From NCBI GenBank assembly GCA_900547945.1, contig URIT01000003.1:1406-65405 (forward strand): a DNA stretch of 64,000 bases, written 5' to 3'. How positions within the stretch are numbered: the stretch's first letter is position 1; every line of letters begins with the position of its first letter. Made by a program: the position numbers and the translations under genes. The notes beneath the pieces were generated by a model. It saw nothing but the letters and a program-made list of their open reading frames with translations. It was not told the origin of the DNA and ran no database searches. Below are positions 21,427 through 29,923 of the stretch, piece by piece. The DNA is from an uncultured bacterium. Its GTDB lineage: Bacteria > Verrucomicrobiota > Kiritimatiellia > RFP12 > UBA1067.

Positions 21427-24400
21427 CTACTCCTGGATGAGGACGTTCTCGGCGGCGGAGACGTTGAGCTTGCCGGCGCGGTCGGGGTTGTCCTTCGCGC
21501 GCGGGCCGAGTTCGACCACGTTGTTGCGCCAGACGACGTTGCGGCCGCAGGGGAGGTCCAGCACGTACCCGCCCGGATTCACGAACCGGCACCCTTCGAC
21601 GAGCAGACCGCCGCAGACGAAGCCCTTGTCCACCTCGCCCACGTCCCAGTCCGTCGGCGTCACGCACACGGCCGAGATGCAGGGATCCTTCGGGTTGGAG
21701 ACGCACGTGTCCTCGAAGAGGCAGTTGCGCACGACGAGGTTCGTCGCACCCATGCCCTCGCACCAGAGGTCGCTGCGGTAGTCGGCGATGAAGCGCACGG
21801 GCACGCTGGCGGTCCGGCGGAAGACGCAGCCGTCGAGCGTGAGGTCGGAGGGCGAGAAGATGTTGCGCCAGCCGCCGTCCTCGAACACGCAGTCCTTCAT
21901 CGTCACGCGGTCCGTCCCGTAGGCGCGGTCCCACACGAGGAAGCACGGCCCCTTCTGCGGGGGGATGTCACGGTCGAGGTGGAGGCGGTTCCCGGCGACC
22001 CGGAGGAGCTTCGCGCGGAAGCCCGCCTCGCCGACCGGCGCGAAGTTCGGGAAGCGCAGCTCCAGGGTCGTCCCCGGCGCGGCGCGGAAGTAGTCGGCCC
22101 CGCGCCGGTTCACGATGTCGAGTACGCGGTCCGCCGCCCGCACGGCGATCGTGAAGCGGTCGTGGAAGTTCGACGTGTCGTCGTTGTTGAGCGACCAGCG
22201 GCAGTTGACGTACAGGCAGTCGCCCTTCGAGCGCGCGACGTGGTGGCCGTCCGAGACGGACGAGACGGGACGGCTGAAGAAGCGCGCGCCGGGGTACGCC
22301 GCCCGGAACGCCGCCTCCGTCGGCGGCTCGACGCGGAAGTTCTCCACGCGCCAGTGGTGCTGCGCCCCGTCCACCACCATCCCCATGCCGAAGCAGCTCC
22401 ACACGGCGACGTCCCGTACCGTGAGGTGCGCGTTGGCGTCGAGGTTGAGGCCGTTCTTCCCGTAGTAGCAGTGCTGGAGGCGGTAGAGGCCGTTCGTCTC
22501 GAACTGGCGCACGCGCGCGAGGTTCCCCTTCGCCGAGAAGCGGAAGCCCGTCGCGGGGTTCTGGTTGCGCCCCTCCATCTGGATGCCGGGCCAGAGGCGC
22601 AGGACGTTCGGCTTCACCCATGCGTTCTTCGCGCCGAAGTGCCCCTCGGTCTGGCCGAACGAGAACCCCCTCCCCCTGCGGAAGCGCGTGCGGCTTTCGT
22701 CCATCGCCGTGATCTTCTGGACGGGGACCGGCTCGGGGTACTTGGGGTGGCGTTCGTAGTCCACGAACGCGAGGTCGACGAAGGCGCGTTCGGGCCGCGC
22801 GGCGTCCTCGTGGCGGTCGACGACGCGCACGAAGGCGGCGAGCGGATCCGCCTCCCAGTCCCAGTCCATCGTGAAGTTCCCAACCTCGGTCCTCGTGCAG
22901 CGCTGCACGAGGACGTTCCCCTTGTCGAGGATGAGTTCGCTCTGCGGCTGGCAGCGGTACTCGGCCGGGCGGCGGAAGACGAGCACGGCGCCCTTCCCGT
23001 CGAACGTGAAGTCCGTGAAATCGCGGATCACGATTCCCGGCTCGTCGAAGCAGCGGTAGGTGCCCGGCGCGAGTTCCAGACGGCTCGCCTTCACGCGGCG
23101 GCACGCCGCCAGCGCGCGGGCGATCGCCGCCGCGTTCGTGGTCGAGGCCGTGGACAGGCCGAAGTCCACCGCCTTCAGCGTCCGCCCGCCCGTGGCGCGC
23201 GGCCGCTCCACCACGACCTCCGGGCACCCCGTCGCGACGGGCACGGCGGCGGGGAGGCCGGACGGCAGCAGCGTCTTCCGGTCCGACCGGCCCGGCTCGG
23301 ACACGAGCCGGAACGCCTCGGCCGTCTTCACCCAGCCGAAGTCGACGGGGGCGGACGGCGGGAAGAGCCGTTCCCAGAGGTTCGTGTCGGGGCACGCATA
23401 CGGCGCGTAGGACCCGTCTGCGGCAAAGGTCCCCTGGCGGTAGCGGTTGTAGAACGCCGACGTGCCGAGGAGCCGGAGGCGCGCGTCGGCGTCCGCCGCG
23501 TCCACCCCGGCGGGCGAGACGGCGACGTGCAGGACGCGCGGCCCCTTCACGCCCGGCGGACAGGCGAACGCCGTCTCCAGCGGCGCCGCGAGCGTCGTCT
23601 CGACGCGCTTCACGAGGATGGCCGCCTCCTTCGGACTGTACTCGCGGAAGAGCGGGTCCAGGAGCCAGTAGGTGACCGCGAAGCGGTTCGTCGGCAGCGT
23701 CTGCCCGGCGAGAAGCTTCCACGTCGTCGTCACGCGCCCGTCCCCGTGGTACGCCGTCTCGGGCGCGACGGGCAGGCGGTTGCGGGCCGTGTCGTCGCCG
23801 CGCGGGTTGACGTAGCGCACGACCCTCTTCCCCTCGGGATAGGCAGACTCCTCGACGACGCGCCCGCCCCGGCGGCGGATGGCCGCGTAGCGCCCCGTCC
23901 GCGCGTTGAACGCCACGAAGCCGTACTGCGCGAGCGGCACCGCGCCCAGGGCCGCGTCCCCCGTCTCGCACGCCCAGTCGGCGACGCCCCGGTTCACGAA
24001 GACCTCCATGCCCGTCGACCACGAGACGTGCAGACGGCGCGGATCGCCGCCCGCGAACGAGACGCGCGAGACGGTGGCCGTGCCGAGTTCGCGCGCGATG
24101 TGCTGCGCCAGCCAGTATTTGCGCACGACCTGGCGGAGGCAGCGGTCCACGTCGAGCGGTTCGAGGAGGCCGGCCTCGGCCTTGTAGGCGTCGCGGTTGT
24201 AGCAGTCCGCCATGAGGGCGTGTCCGTTCAGGATCTCGCAGGAGAGGTAGTCGTCCGAATCGATGCCGTGGCAGTCCGCCCCGCGCGCGCCCTCGAAGCG
24301 GGCGCTGTACCCGACGCCGTGGAGGGCCATGCGGTCGTGGTAGACGAGCGGGAACCAGGGCGTCTTCTCCTGGACCGTGCCCGGCACCTTCATCCAGCGG

Positions 24401-25731
24401 TAGGCGCCGGGCTCGTCCGCCAGGCACATCCACTGGCAGTCGCCGCCGTCGAGGTGCCCGAGCATGTAGTCGCAGGGCGCCTCGCTCGAAACGAAGCCGT
24501 CCCGCCCGCAGAGGGCGCGCGCCGCGTCGAACATCCGCGCGTTCGCGCGCATGTTTCCGAGGAGGGAATGGACGCGCCCCGCCCGGTCGCGGCACGTTTC
24601 CGCGAAATTCGCGCCCGAGCCCGTCACGTCGATGAACACCGTTCCGGGACGGAAGCCGTCCGCATGCATCTGCTCCTGCTGGTAGATGATCGACGCCACC
24701 CCCTCCTGCGGCAGCAGCCGGTAGCTCTGCTCCTTGTGGGGCGGGTTGAGCCAGGCCTTGACGGGCTCCAGGGCGCCGGTTCGGGGATTGGGCTGATGGC
24801 AGATCTTGTCCCAGGAGAACCAGGGCGAATCGGGATAGCAGTCGATCACGTTCAGGTGGACGCCGAACGCCCAGCCGCGCGCGCGCGCCACGGCCTCGGC
24901 GGCCTTCAGCTCCGCCGCCGTGCCGAACGTCGGCGCGGGCGGGTAGACCTCGGGCAGATGGCGGTCGAAGCCGTGGCGCTGCCAGCAGTGCGCGTAGAAG
25001 AGGAGATCGTCCTTCAGGCCATAGTCGTCCGCCGCGCGGCGGATCAGCTCGCCGAACTCCCGGAACGTGCCGTTCCAGCTGTCCACGCAGAAGCGCCCCG
25101 CCTTCCGCGCGAAGCCCGCCGGGGCGGGAACCGTGACGTGCCGGCGGTAGCGGAGCGCGCAGTCGAACGCCCCCGCCGTGCCCACGACGAACGTCAGTTT
25201 CGTCGGCTGCGCGACGCGGAAGCCGAAGGCCCCCTTCTCGGGCGCGTGGTAGAGGCTTTCGGGCGGCGCCTCGGTGGCGACGACGAGGGCGAGGCCGTTC
25301 GGGAACTCGAAGCCCGCGAAGCGGCAGGCGTTCTGGTGGCCGTTGAACGGCAGCGCGAACGCGCCGGGATCCTTCACGTAGTAGCCGTAGCCGAAGTAGA
25401 GCGCGGACGGCTTCTCGGAGCAGCGCCCGAACGCGATCCGCCCGAAATCGCGTTCATCCCCGGCGATCTCCGCGACAAACGCATCCCCTTCGGCCCGGAA
25501 CGAGACGGCCGGCACGGCGCCGGACGCGGAAGCCGTCCGCTCGAACGGCGCGAAGGCGAGCGTCTTCCCGCCCGCCGAGAACGCGAAGCCCCCCTTTCCG
25601 TCCAGCGTGACCGTTCCGCCAGTCGCCCCCTCCAGCTGGAAGGACGATGCGGCCCACACGGGCACAACCGCCCACAACGCCGCCGCAACCACGCCAATAA
25701 ACAGACGGACACCTTTCACGTTCATGCGCAT
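21427..25731 (-). CDS. Large secreted multidomain protein (1434 aa), putative glycoside hydrolase region plus right-handed beta-helix region
   Basis: Start MRMNVKGVRLFIGVVAAALWAVVPVWA (signal peptide) at 25731, preceded by GGAGGG. Composition is normal throughout. The C-terminal half has beta-helix-like repeats. The exact family is not recognised. Confidence 0.7.
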   Translation of the reverse strand: MRMNVKGVRLFIGVVAAALWAVVPVWAASSFQLEGATGGTVTLDGKGGFAFSAGGKTLAFAPFERTASASGAVPAVSFRAEGDAFVAEIAGDERDFGRIAFGRCSEKPSALYFGYGYYVKDPGAFALPFNGHQNACRFAGFEFPNGLALVVATEAPPESLYHAPEKGAFGFRVAQPTKLTFVVGTAGAFDCALRYRRHVTVPAPAGFARKAGRFCVDSWNGTFREFGELIRRAADDYGLKDDLLFYAHCWQRHGFDRHLPEVYPPAPTFGTAAELKAAEAVARARGWAFGVHLNVIDCYPDSPWFSWDKICHQPNPRTGALEPVKAWLNPPHKEQSYRLLPQEGVASIIYQQEQMHADGFRPGTVFIDVTGSGANFAETCRDRAGRVHSLLGNMRANARMFDAARALCGRDGFVSSEAPCDYMLGHLDGGDCQWMCLADEPGAYRWMKVPGTVQEKTPWFPLVYHDRMALHGVGYSARFEGARGADCHGIDSDDYLSCEILNGHALMADCYNRDAYKAEAGLLEPLDVDRCLRQVVRKYWLAQHIARELGTATVSRVSFAGGDPRRLHVSWSTGMEVFVNRGVADWACETGDAALGAVPLAQYGFVAFNARTGRYAAIRRRGGRVVEESAYPEGKRVVRYVNPRGDDTARNRLPVAPETAYHGDGRVTTTWKLLAGQTLPTNRFAVTYWLLDPLFREYSPKEAAILVKRVETTLAAPLETAFACPPGVKGPRVLHVAVSPAGVDAADADARLRLLGTSAFYNRYRQGTFAADGSYAPYACPDTNLWERLFPPSAPVDFGWVKTAEAFRLVSEPGRSDRKTLLPSGLPAAVPVATGCPEVVVERPRATGGRTLKAVDFGLSTASTTNAAAIARALAACRRVKASRLELAPGTYRCFDEPGIVIRDFTDFTFDGKGAVLVFRRPAEYRCQPQSELILDKGNVLVQRCTRTEVGNFTMDWDWEADPLAAFVRVVDRHEDAARPERAFVDLAFVDYERHPKYPEPVPVQKITAMDESRTRFRRGRGFSFGQTEGHFGAKNAWVKPNVLRLWPGIQMEGRNQNPATGFRFSAKGNLARVRQFETNGLYRLQHCYYGKNGLNLDANAHLTVRDVAVWSCFGMGMVVDGAQHHWRVENFRVEPPTEAAFRAAYPGARFFSRPVSSVSDGHHVARSKGDCLYVNCRWSLNNDDTSNFHDRFTIAVRAADRVLDIVNRRGADYFRAAPGTTLELRFPNFAPVGEAGFRAKLLRVAGNRLHLDRDIPPQKGPCFLVWDRAYGTDRVTMKDCVFEDGGWRNIFSPSDLTLDGCVFRRTASVPVRFIADYRSDLWCEGMGATNLVVRNCLFEDTCVSNPKDPCISAVCVTPTDWDVGEVDKGFVCGGLLVEGCRFVNPGGYVLDLPCGRNVVWRNNVVELGPRAKDNPDRAGKLNVSAAENVLIQE

Positions 25732-25842
25732 GTTCCCTCCGTTCACCTTCAGCGGCCACAGCTGGTCCGTCTTGTCGATGTACATACACCCGAACTTGAC
25801 GAGTTCGGAGAACGTGTAGATGTCGGTTGCGGGCTTTCCCAT
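25732..25842 (-). pseudogene. 37-codon N-terminal stub of an AAA-ATPase-like (PF09820-type) gene, in frame with the downstream large protein
   Basis: MGKPATDIYTFSELVKFGCMYIDKTDQLWPL aligns with MERIATDTYSFERVREGGFVYVDKTAILKTL of the intact gene at 5118..6683. There is no stop before the MRMNVKG start of the next gene. Confidence 0.6.
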
Positions 25843-25849
25843 GCCGGAA

Positions 25850-25860
25850 ATTATAGCACA
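25850..25860 (-). promoter_or_regulatory. Extended -10 promoter TGTGCTATAAT, 7 nt upstream of the ATG at 25842 (leaderless candidate)
   Basis: The minus strand reads TGTGCTATAAT-TTCCGGC-ATG. Confidence 0.5.
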
Positions 25861-25968
25861 GTCGCCCCGTGCGCGGCAGGAAACGGCCACACGTGAAAAC
25901 GTGTCCCGCCCTCCCGGTCGCGCAGGAGCGGTGTCCCCTCCATCCGAACGTTTACGCACGGACATCCA

Positions 25969-28800
25969 TCATCTGATCGTGGGCTGGCAACCTTCACAGT
26001 CAGACGCATAGGATCCACCGGCGACAACGCTATCGCGCGTGTCGTATCCTGCGCGAATCCATTCCGCCGAAAACTTCACGCGGTAGGCGAGCTTCCCTTT
26101 GCCTTTCCTGTAGTCGTAGAAGTCGGCGAACAGCACGGCATCGTCCCCCGTTCCGCTCACCTGAAGGACGGACGAACCCGTGACCGAACGCCCCTCGATC
26201 TTTCCACTCGACCGAATCGTCCCGTTCCTGTTCACCGTGAACATGAGCGACGGCTTGGAGGGCGGCGGTTTACATCCAGGGCACACAAGGAATCCAGATC
26301 CAGCGTGTACAGACTCCGTGAGCGCACCGAACGTGCCGATCCTCGCCAGCTTCTCCACGACATCCGTCACGCCCGCACGTGCCAATGCCTGTGCCGTCCC
26401 GCCAGAAACGTTCCACTCGGCATCTTTCGTCCCGACCTTGCCCGACAACCGCGCCCTCCCGTCATTTCCAGGAGACATGTCCAATACCAGCTCACACCAA
26501 TTGCCGCGTTGGTCGCGCAGGTCGATCTGGACAAAATCGTCCGTACAGGCACACGAATAGCCCGAGAGCGAAGAGGTCTTCCCCGCCGACACGACCTTGA
26601 CGCCGATCTTGCCGTTCGACGCAATCGACACGGATACCGTGCCACTCACGTCGCCGAGATCATCCGCATCATCCGCGATCAGGTCTTCGCAGGGCGGCAG
26701 GTCTCCGCCGATGAAACCACGATACGTTCCGACGCATGCGGACGGGAAAGGCGCCACCGCAACCGTGAACGTGGCCTTCTCGATCCTGCGTCCGTTCCTG
26801 GCCGTCAGCACCACCGTATAGACGCCCGCCTTCGTCGGCGTCCCCCACAATGCGGCAGAAGAAGATTCCCGGTCCAGGACCAACCTCAAGCCCGCCGGTA
26901 ACCCGCTTGCCGACACCGTCCAGCCTTCTGCGAAGGAGAACTCGAATGGCGGCCGGCAGCAATTTGAATAATCGCCGACAGTAAAGGGATAGGCCCCTTC
27001 ATATTCAAGGCCGTCGAACACCCAGCTCCGCAGATTCGGCACGACAACGCGCATGCTCTTCGTTGCCGTCGCACCGGAAAGGTTCTTCGCCGTCAGCGTG
27101 ACAACACTCGTGCCGGGTTTCAGCTTCGCCATGTCAGGAACGACAAGCGACAACCCCTGCAATTTCACGCCGGGCGGCAATCCCCTTGCCGTCACCTTCG
27201 GCTGGGTCATGCTTTCGACCTCCACCGTCCGTTCGTCATATCGGGCATCCGTGTCAATGCGCCATTCATCGTCCACGCGGATGCCGATCGCCGCATCCTC
27301 GTCCTTCGTAACGAATTTCGCATAGACCGGCTTCGAGGCCGCTGCCGAGAAAACAAAGGACGCATTTGCCGCACGATAGTCGCGGCCCCCCTGGAATGGT
27401 TCCGTGCAGGCCGCGTCCGCATACCACCCGGCAAAATAGCAGCCGCGCGCAGGCCTGGCCGAAAGCCTGACCGCCGTACCCGACTTCTTCACGCCGCCAC
27501 CCAATACCGTACCGCGTCCGAGAGACGCCCCACCGACGGCAACCACCTGATACCGGCTGTCGGCATCACGGACAATCACCGTCTTGACCGTCTTGCGGCG
27601 CGCCGCATCCGTAAAGGTGATCCTGTACTTCCCCGGCTTTGTGGGCGTCCCCGCAAACACCTCGCAGATCCCTTCGGGACAGGGCACCTTCGCCTTCCAC
27701 TTCAATCCCGGAGGAAGCCCGGAAACCGACCTAGCAAGCGAATGCCAATCCTCAACGGCCTCAAACGGCTCGCCGACCCGCAGCGCATCGAGCGCATCCA
27801 GATCAACATGCCGGGAAAGCCCGATGTCGTCATAGTCCCCTTCCGAAGCGTCGCCGACGATCCAGCGCACCGTCGCCGACTGCTGATAGCCGTTCGCGTT
27901 CTTCGCCGAGCACGTCGCATAATAGACGCCCCTCCGCGTCGGGCGCCCCGAGAACTCCCGCGTCTGGGCATTGTACTTGATTCCCGCCGGAAGCCCCGAA
28001 ACGGAAACCGTCACGGGCGATCCCGACGACACGATAAAGCAATCCTCAAGATCGCGTTCGACCTCGACGCCGACATCCGCCGTCAACTTCCCACCCTCGG
28101 AAATGAGAAGCCAGTCGTCCCCGGGCCCCATGCTTTCACGCCAGATGGCACGCATCACAACCGTTCTGTCAATTTCCGTCCCGTCAGGTGAAATCATCAG
28201 CCACTTCGGCACATACCGGCTCAGATCGATCCGGGTTCCAGTTGGGTAGACGTGTTGGCCATCCTCCTCGACGATCCCGCTGCTCACCGACCAGCCTCCG
28301 AACAGGTTCCCTGGCTTCCTGAAGGCGCACAGCGGCAACGTATAATACAGAGAGGTCCCTTCCTTGACCGAAAAAGACTTGCCCGGCATCGTCCCCATAC
28401 CGCCGCCGGCATCAAAGACGATTTTCACCGGGAGTTCAACGGAGATTCCGTACATGGGTTTTAAAGGCTCCCCAATACCAGGTACATCACCAAGGTCCAC
28501 CCCTTCCAACGGATTGTCCGAAGCGGCGCCGGCCGTCGCCGCCAACACCATCATCGCACAGCTCGCGGCAACCTTCAGCGCATGGAATTTCCCGACCGCC
28601 GCACACGTTTCGCCCCCATCGGCGAGTTGCCGGTCAATCCTAGAGGCCCCCTCTTCATCCCCCTGCAGATGGAGGCAGACCCCCAGCAGGACCTTCGCGC
28701 GCGTGCTTCCCGCGTCGGCCTTAAGGTACTCCCGCAGGGCGGCCTCCGCTTCACGCAGATCCCCTGCGCGCATCATTTCCTTAATCGTGTTCAGCTTCAT
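25969..28800 (-). CDS. Membrane-anchored surface protein: N-terminal TPR-like helix pair, TM segment, Listeria-Bacteroides-type repeats and He_PIG/Ig-like repeats
   Basis: 943 aa. The N-terminus MKLNTIKEMMRAGDLREAEAALREYLKADAGSTRAKVLLGVCL is TPR-like; the TM segment is LKVAASCAMMVLAATAGAA. SGLPAGIKY, SGLPPGLKW, RGLPPGVKL and SGLPAGLRL recur, together with GTPTKPGKY and GTPTKAGVY. FGGWSV and YFAGWY motifs are present. Confidence 0.75.
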   Translation of the reverse strand: MKLNTIKEMMRAGDLREAEAALREYLKADAGSTRAKVLLGVCLHLQGDEEGASRIDRQLADGGETCAAVGKFHALKVAASCAMMVLAATAGAASDNPLEGVDLGDVPGIGEPLKPMYGISVELPVKIVFDAGGGMGTMPGKSFSVKEGTSLYYTLPLCAFRKPGNLFGGWSVSSGIVEEDGQHVYPTGTRIDLSRYVPKWLMISPDGTEIDRTVVMRAIWRESMGPGDDWLLISEGGKLTADVGVEVERDLEDCFIVSSGSPVTVSVSGLPAGIKYNAQTREFSGRPTRRGVYYATCSAKNANGYQQSATVRWIVGDASEGDYDDIGLSRHVDLDALDALRVGEPFEAVEDWHSLARSVSGLPPGLKWKAKVPCPEGICEVFAGTPTKPGKYRITFTDAARRKTVKTVIVRDADSRYQVVAVGGASLGRGTVLGGGVKKSGTAVRLSARPARGCYFAGWYADAACTEPFQGGRDYRAANASFVFSAAASKPVYAKFVTKDEDAAIGIRVDDEWRIDTDARYDERTVEVESMTQPKVTARGLPPGVKLQGLSLVVPDMAKLKPGTSVVTLTAKNLSGATATKSMRVVVPNLRSWVFDGLEYEGAYPFTVGDYSNCCRPPFEFSFAEGWTVSASGLPAGLRLVLDRESSSAALWGTPTKAGVYTVVLTARNGRRIEKATFTVAVAPFPSACVGTYRGFIGGDLPPCEDLIADDADDLGDVSGTVSVSIASNGKIGVKVVSAGKTSSLSGYSCACTDDFVQIDLRDQRGNWCELVLDMSPGNDGRARLSGKVGTKDAEWNVSGGTAQALARAGVTDVVEKLARIGTFGALTESVHAGSGFLVCPGCKPPPSKPSLMFTVNRNGTIRSSGKIEGRSVTGSSVLQVSGTGDDAVLFADFYDYRKGKGKLAYRVKFSAEWIRAGYDTRDSVVAGGSYASDCEGCQPTIR

Positions 28801-29881
28801 TTTCCGTTTCCTCCGTACTGGTTGACAACATGTCGTTTAAAATCTTCTCGGTCTCCACACGCCGCACGCAGAACAAGTTCTCGCCCAGCGTTCCCGTCGT
28901 ACTCAGCGCCGCCGCGCTGCACCCCGCCTTGCATTGCCGTCCGAACGGGCATTTCGCACACATGCCGGACAGCGCATGTTCCTTTTGCCGGAACGCATGG
29001 AACGACTCCGGATCTCGCCAAATCGCCTTGAGCGGACGCACGCGAAGATTCGCCTCGATGAAGTCGCTCCCGAGCGAAAGACAGGGCAGGACGTCGCCGT
29101 TCGCCCGTATGCCGATGACGTGCCGACCGGCCGGACATCCCGTCCAGACCTGATGCAGGAAACGGAGTTTCGGCGTCAGGGGGAAATAGCCGAAATCGTC
29201 CATCGTCCCGATCTTCAGCCGCCCGTTCAGGTCGTAAAGGCAATGCGTCACGCGCTCGGCGTACCAGGCGAACTGATCGGGTGACAAGAGAAGCGAGTCG
29301 TCAAACCGTTCGCCTGCGCGATGCGCGACCTGGATCTGCCAGAGGATGGGCGTATCCTTGAAGGTCTCGGCAAAAAGATCGAAGTCACCGAGGTTCCGGG
29401 ACGTGAACGTCGTGATCGCCGTCACCTGTCGGTGTCCGTCCGCCACAAGATCGTCCAACAGCCTGCGGCACGTCGCATAGCCGTCCACGCCGCGCGTACG
29501 GCGATAGCTCTCCGGCGTCGCGCCGTCCAGGCTCACGCCGACGGCACGGGGGGCAAGCGCCTTGAACTGCGCGCGAACCGCCTCCGTCACCAGAAGGCCG
29601 TTCGTGATCAGCTGGAGCTCCATGTCGACCGCCTTGACGGAGGCGGCGACTTCGTACCAGTCGGGACGCAACAGGAATTCACCGCCCAGAAGCGTAACCG
29701 TCCGGCAGCCGAGCGCCGCGAGATCCCGAATCACCTGTCGGAGTTCGCCTAGGGACATTTCATCCGCACGGGCACGGCCCGACGCCGAGGCACAGTGCGG
29801 GCAACGCAGATTACAGCGGTTCGTCACTTCAACGACCGCCTGCCGCAGAGAATGCGCCATTTGTCTTCCATTTTTCTCCAT
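28781..29881 (-). CDS. Radical SAM / SPASM-domain maturase-like enzyme
   Basis: CNLRCPHC (CxxxCxxC) sits near the N-terminus, followed by LLGGEFLLRPD. The C-terminal SPASM-like cysteines read CPAGRH...NGDVLPC...CAKCPFGRQCKAGCSAA. ATG at 29881 (the track start at 29887 is GTG). The 3' end overlaps the next gene by 20 nt. Confidence 0.88.
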   Translation of the reverse strand: MEKNGRQMAHSLRQAVVEVTNRCNLRCPHCASASGRARADEMSLGELRQVIRDLAALGCRTVTLLGGEFLLRPDWYEVAASVKAVDMELQLITNGLLVTEAVRAQFKALAPRAVGVSLDGATPESYRRTRGVDGYATCRRLLDDLVADGHRQVTAITTFTSRNLGDFDLFAETFKDTPILWQIQVAHRAGERFDDSLLLSPDQFAWYAERVTHCLYDLNGRLKIGTMDDFGYFPLTPKLRFLHQVWTGCPAGRHVIGIRANGDVLPCLSLGSDFIEANLRVRPLKAIWRDPESFHAFRQKEHALSGMCAKCPFGRQCKAGCSAAALSTTGTLGENLFCVRRVETEKILNDMLSTSTEETENEAEHD

Positions 29882-29923
29882 GGTCACCTACCGTCACTCC
29901 GTTTGCACGCCAAGAAAGATCCG

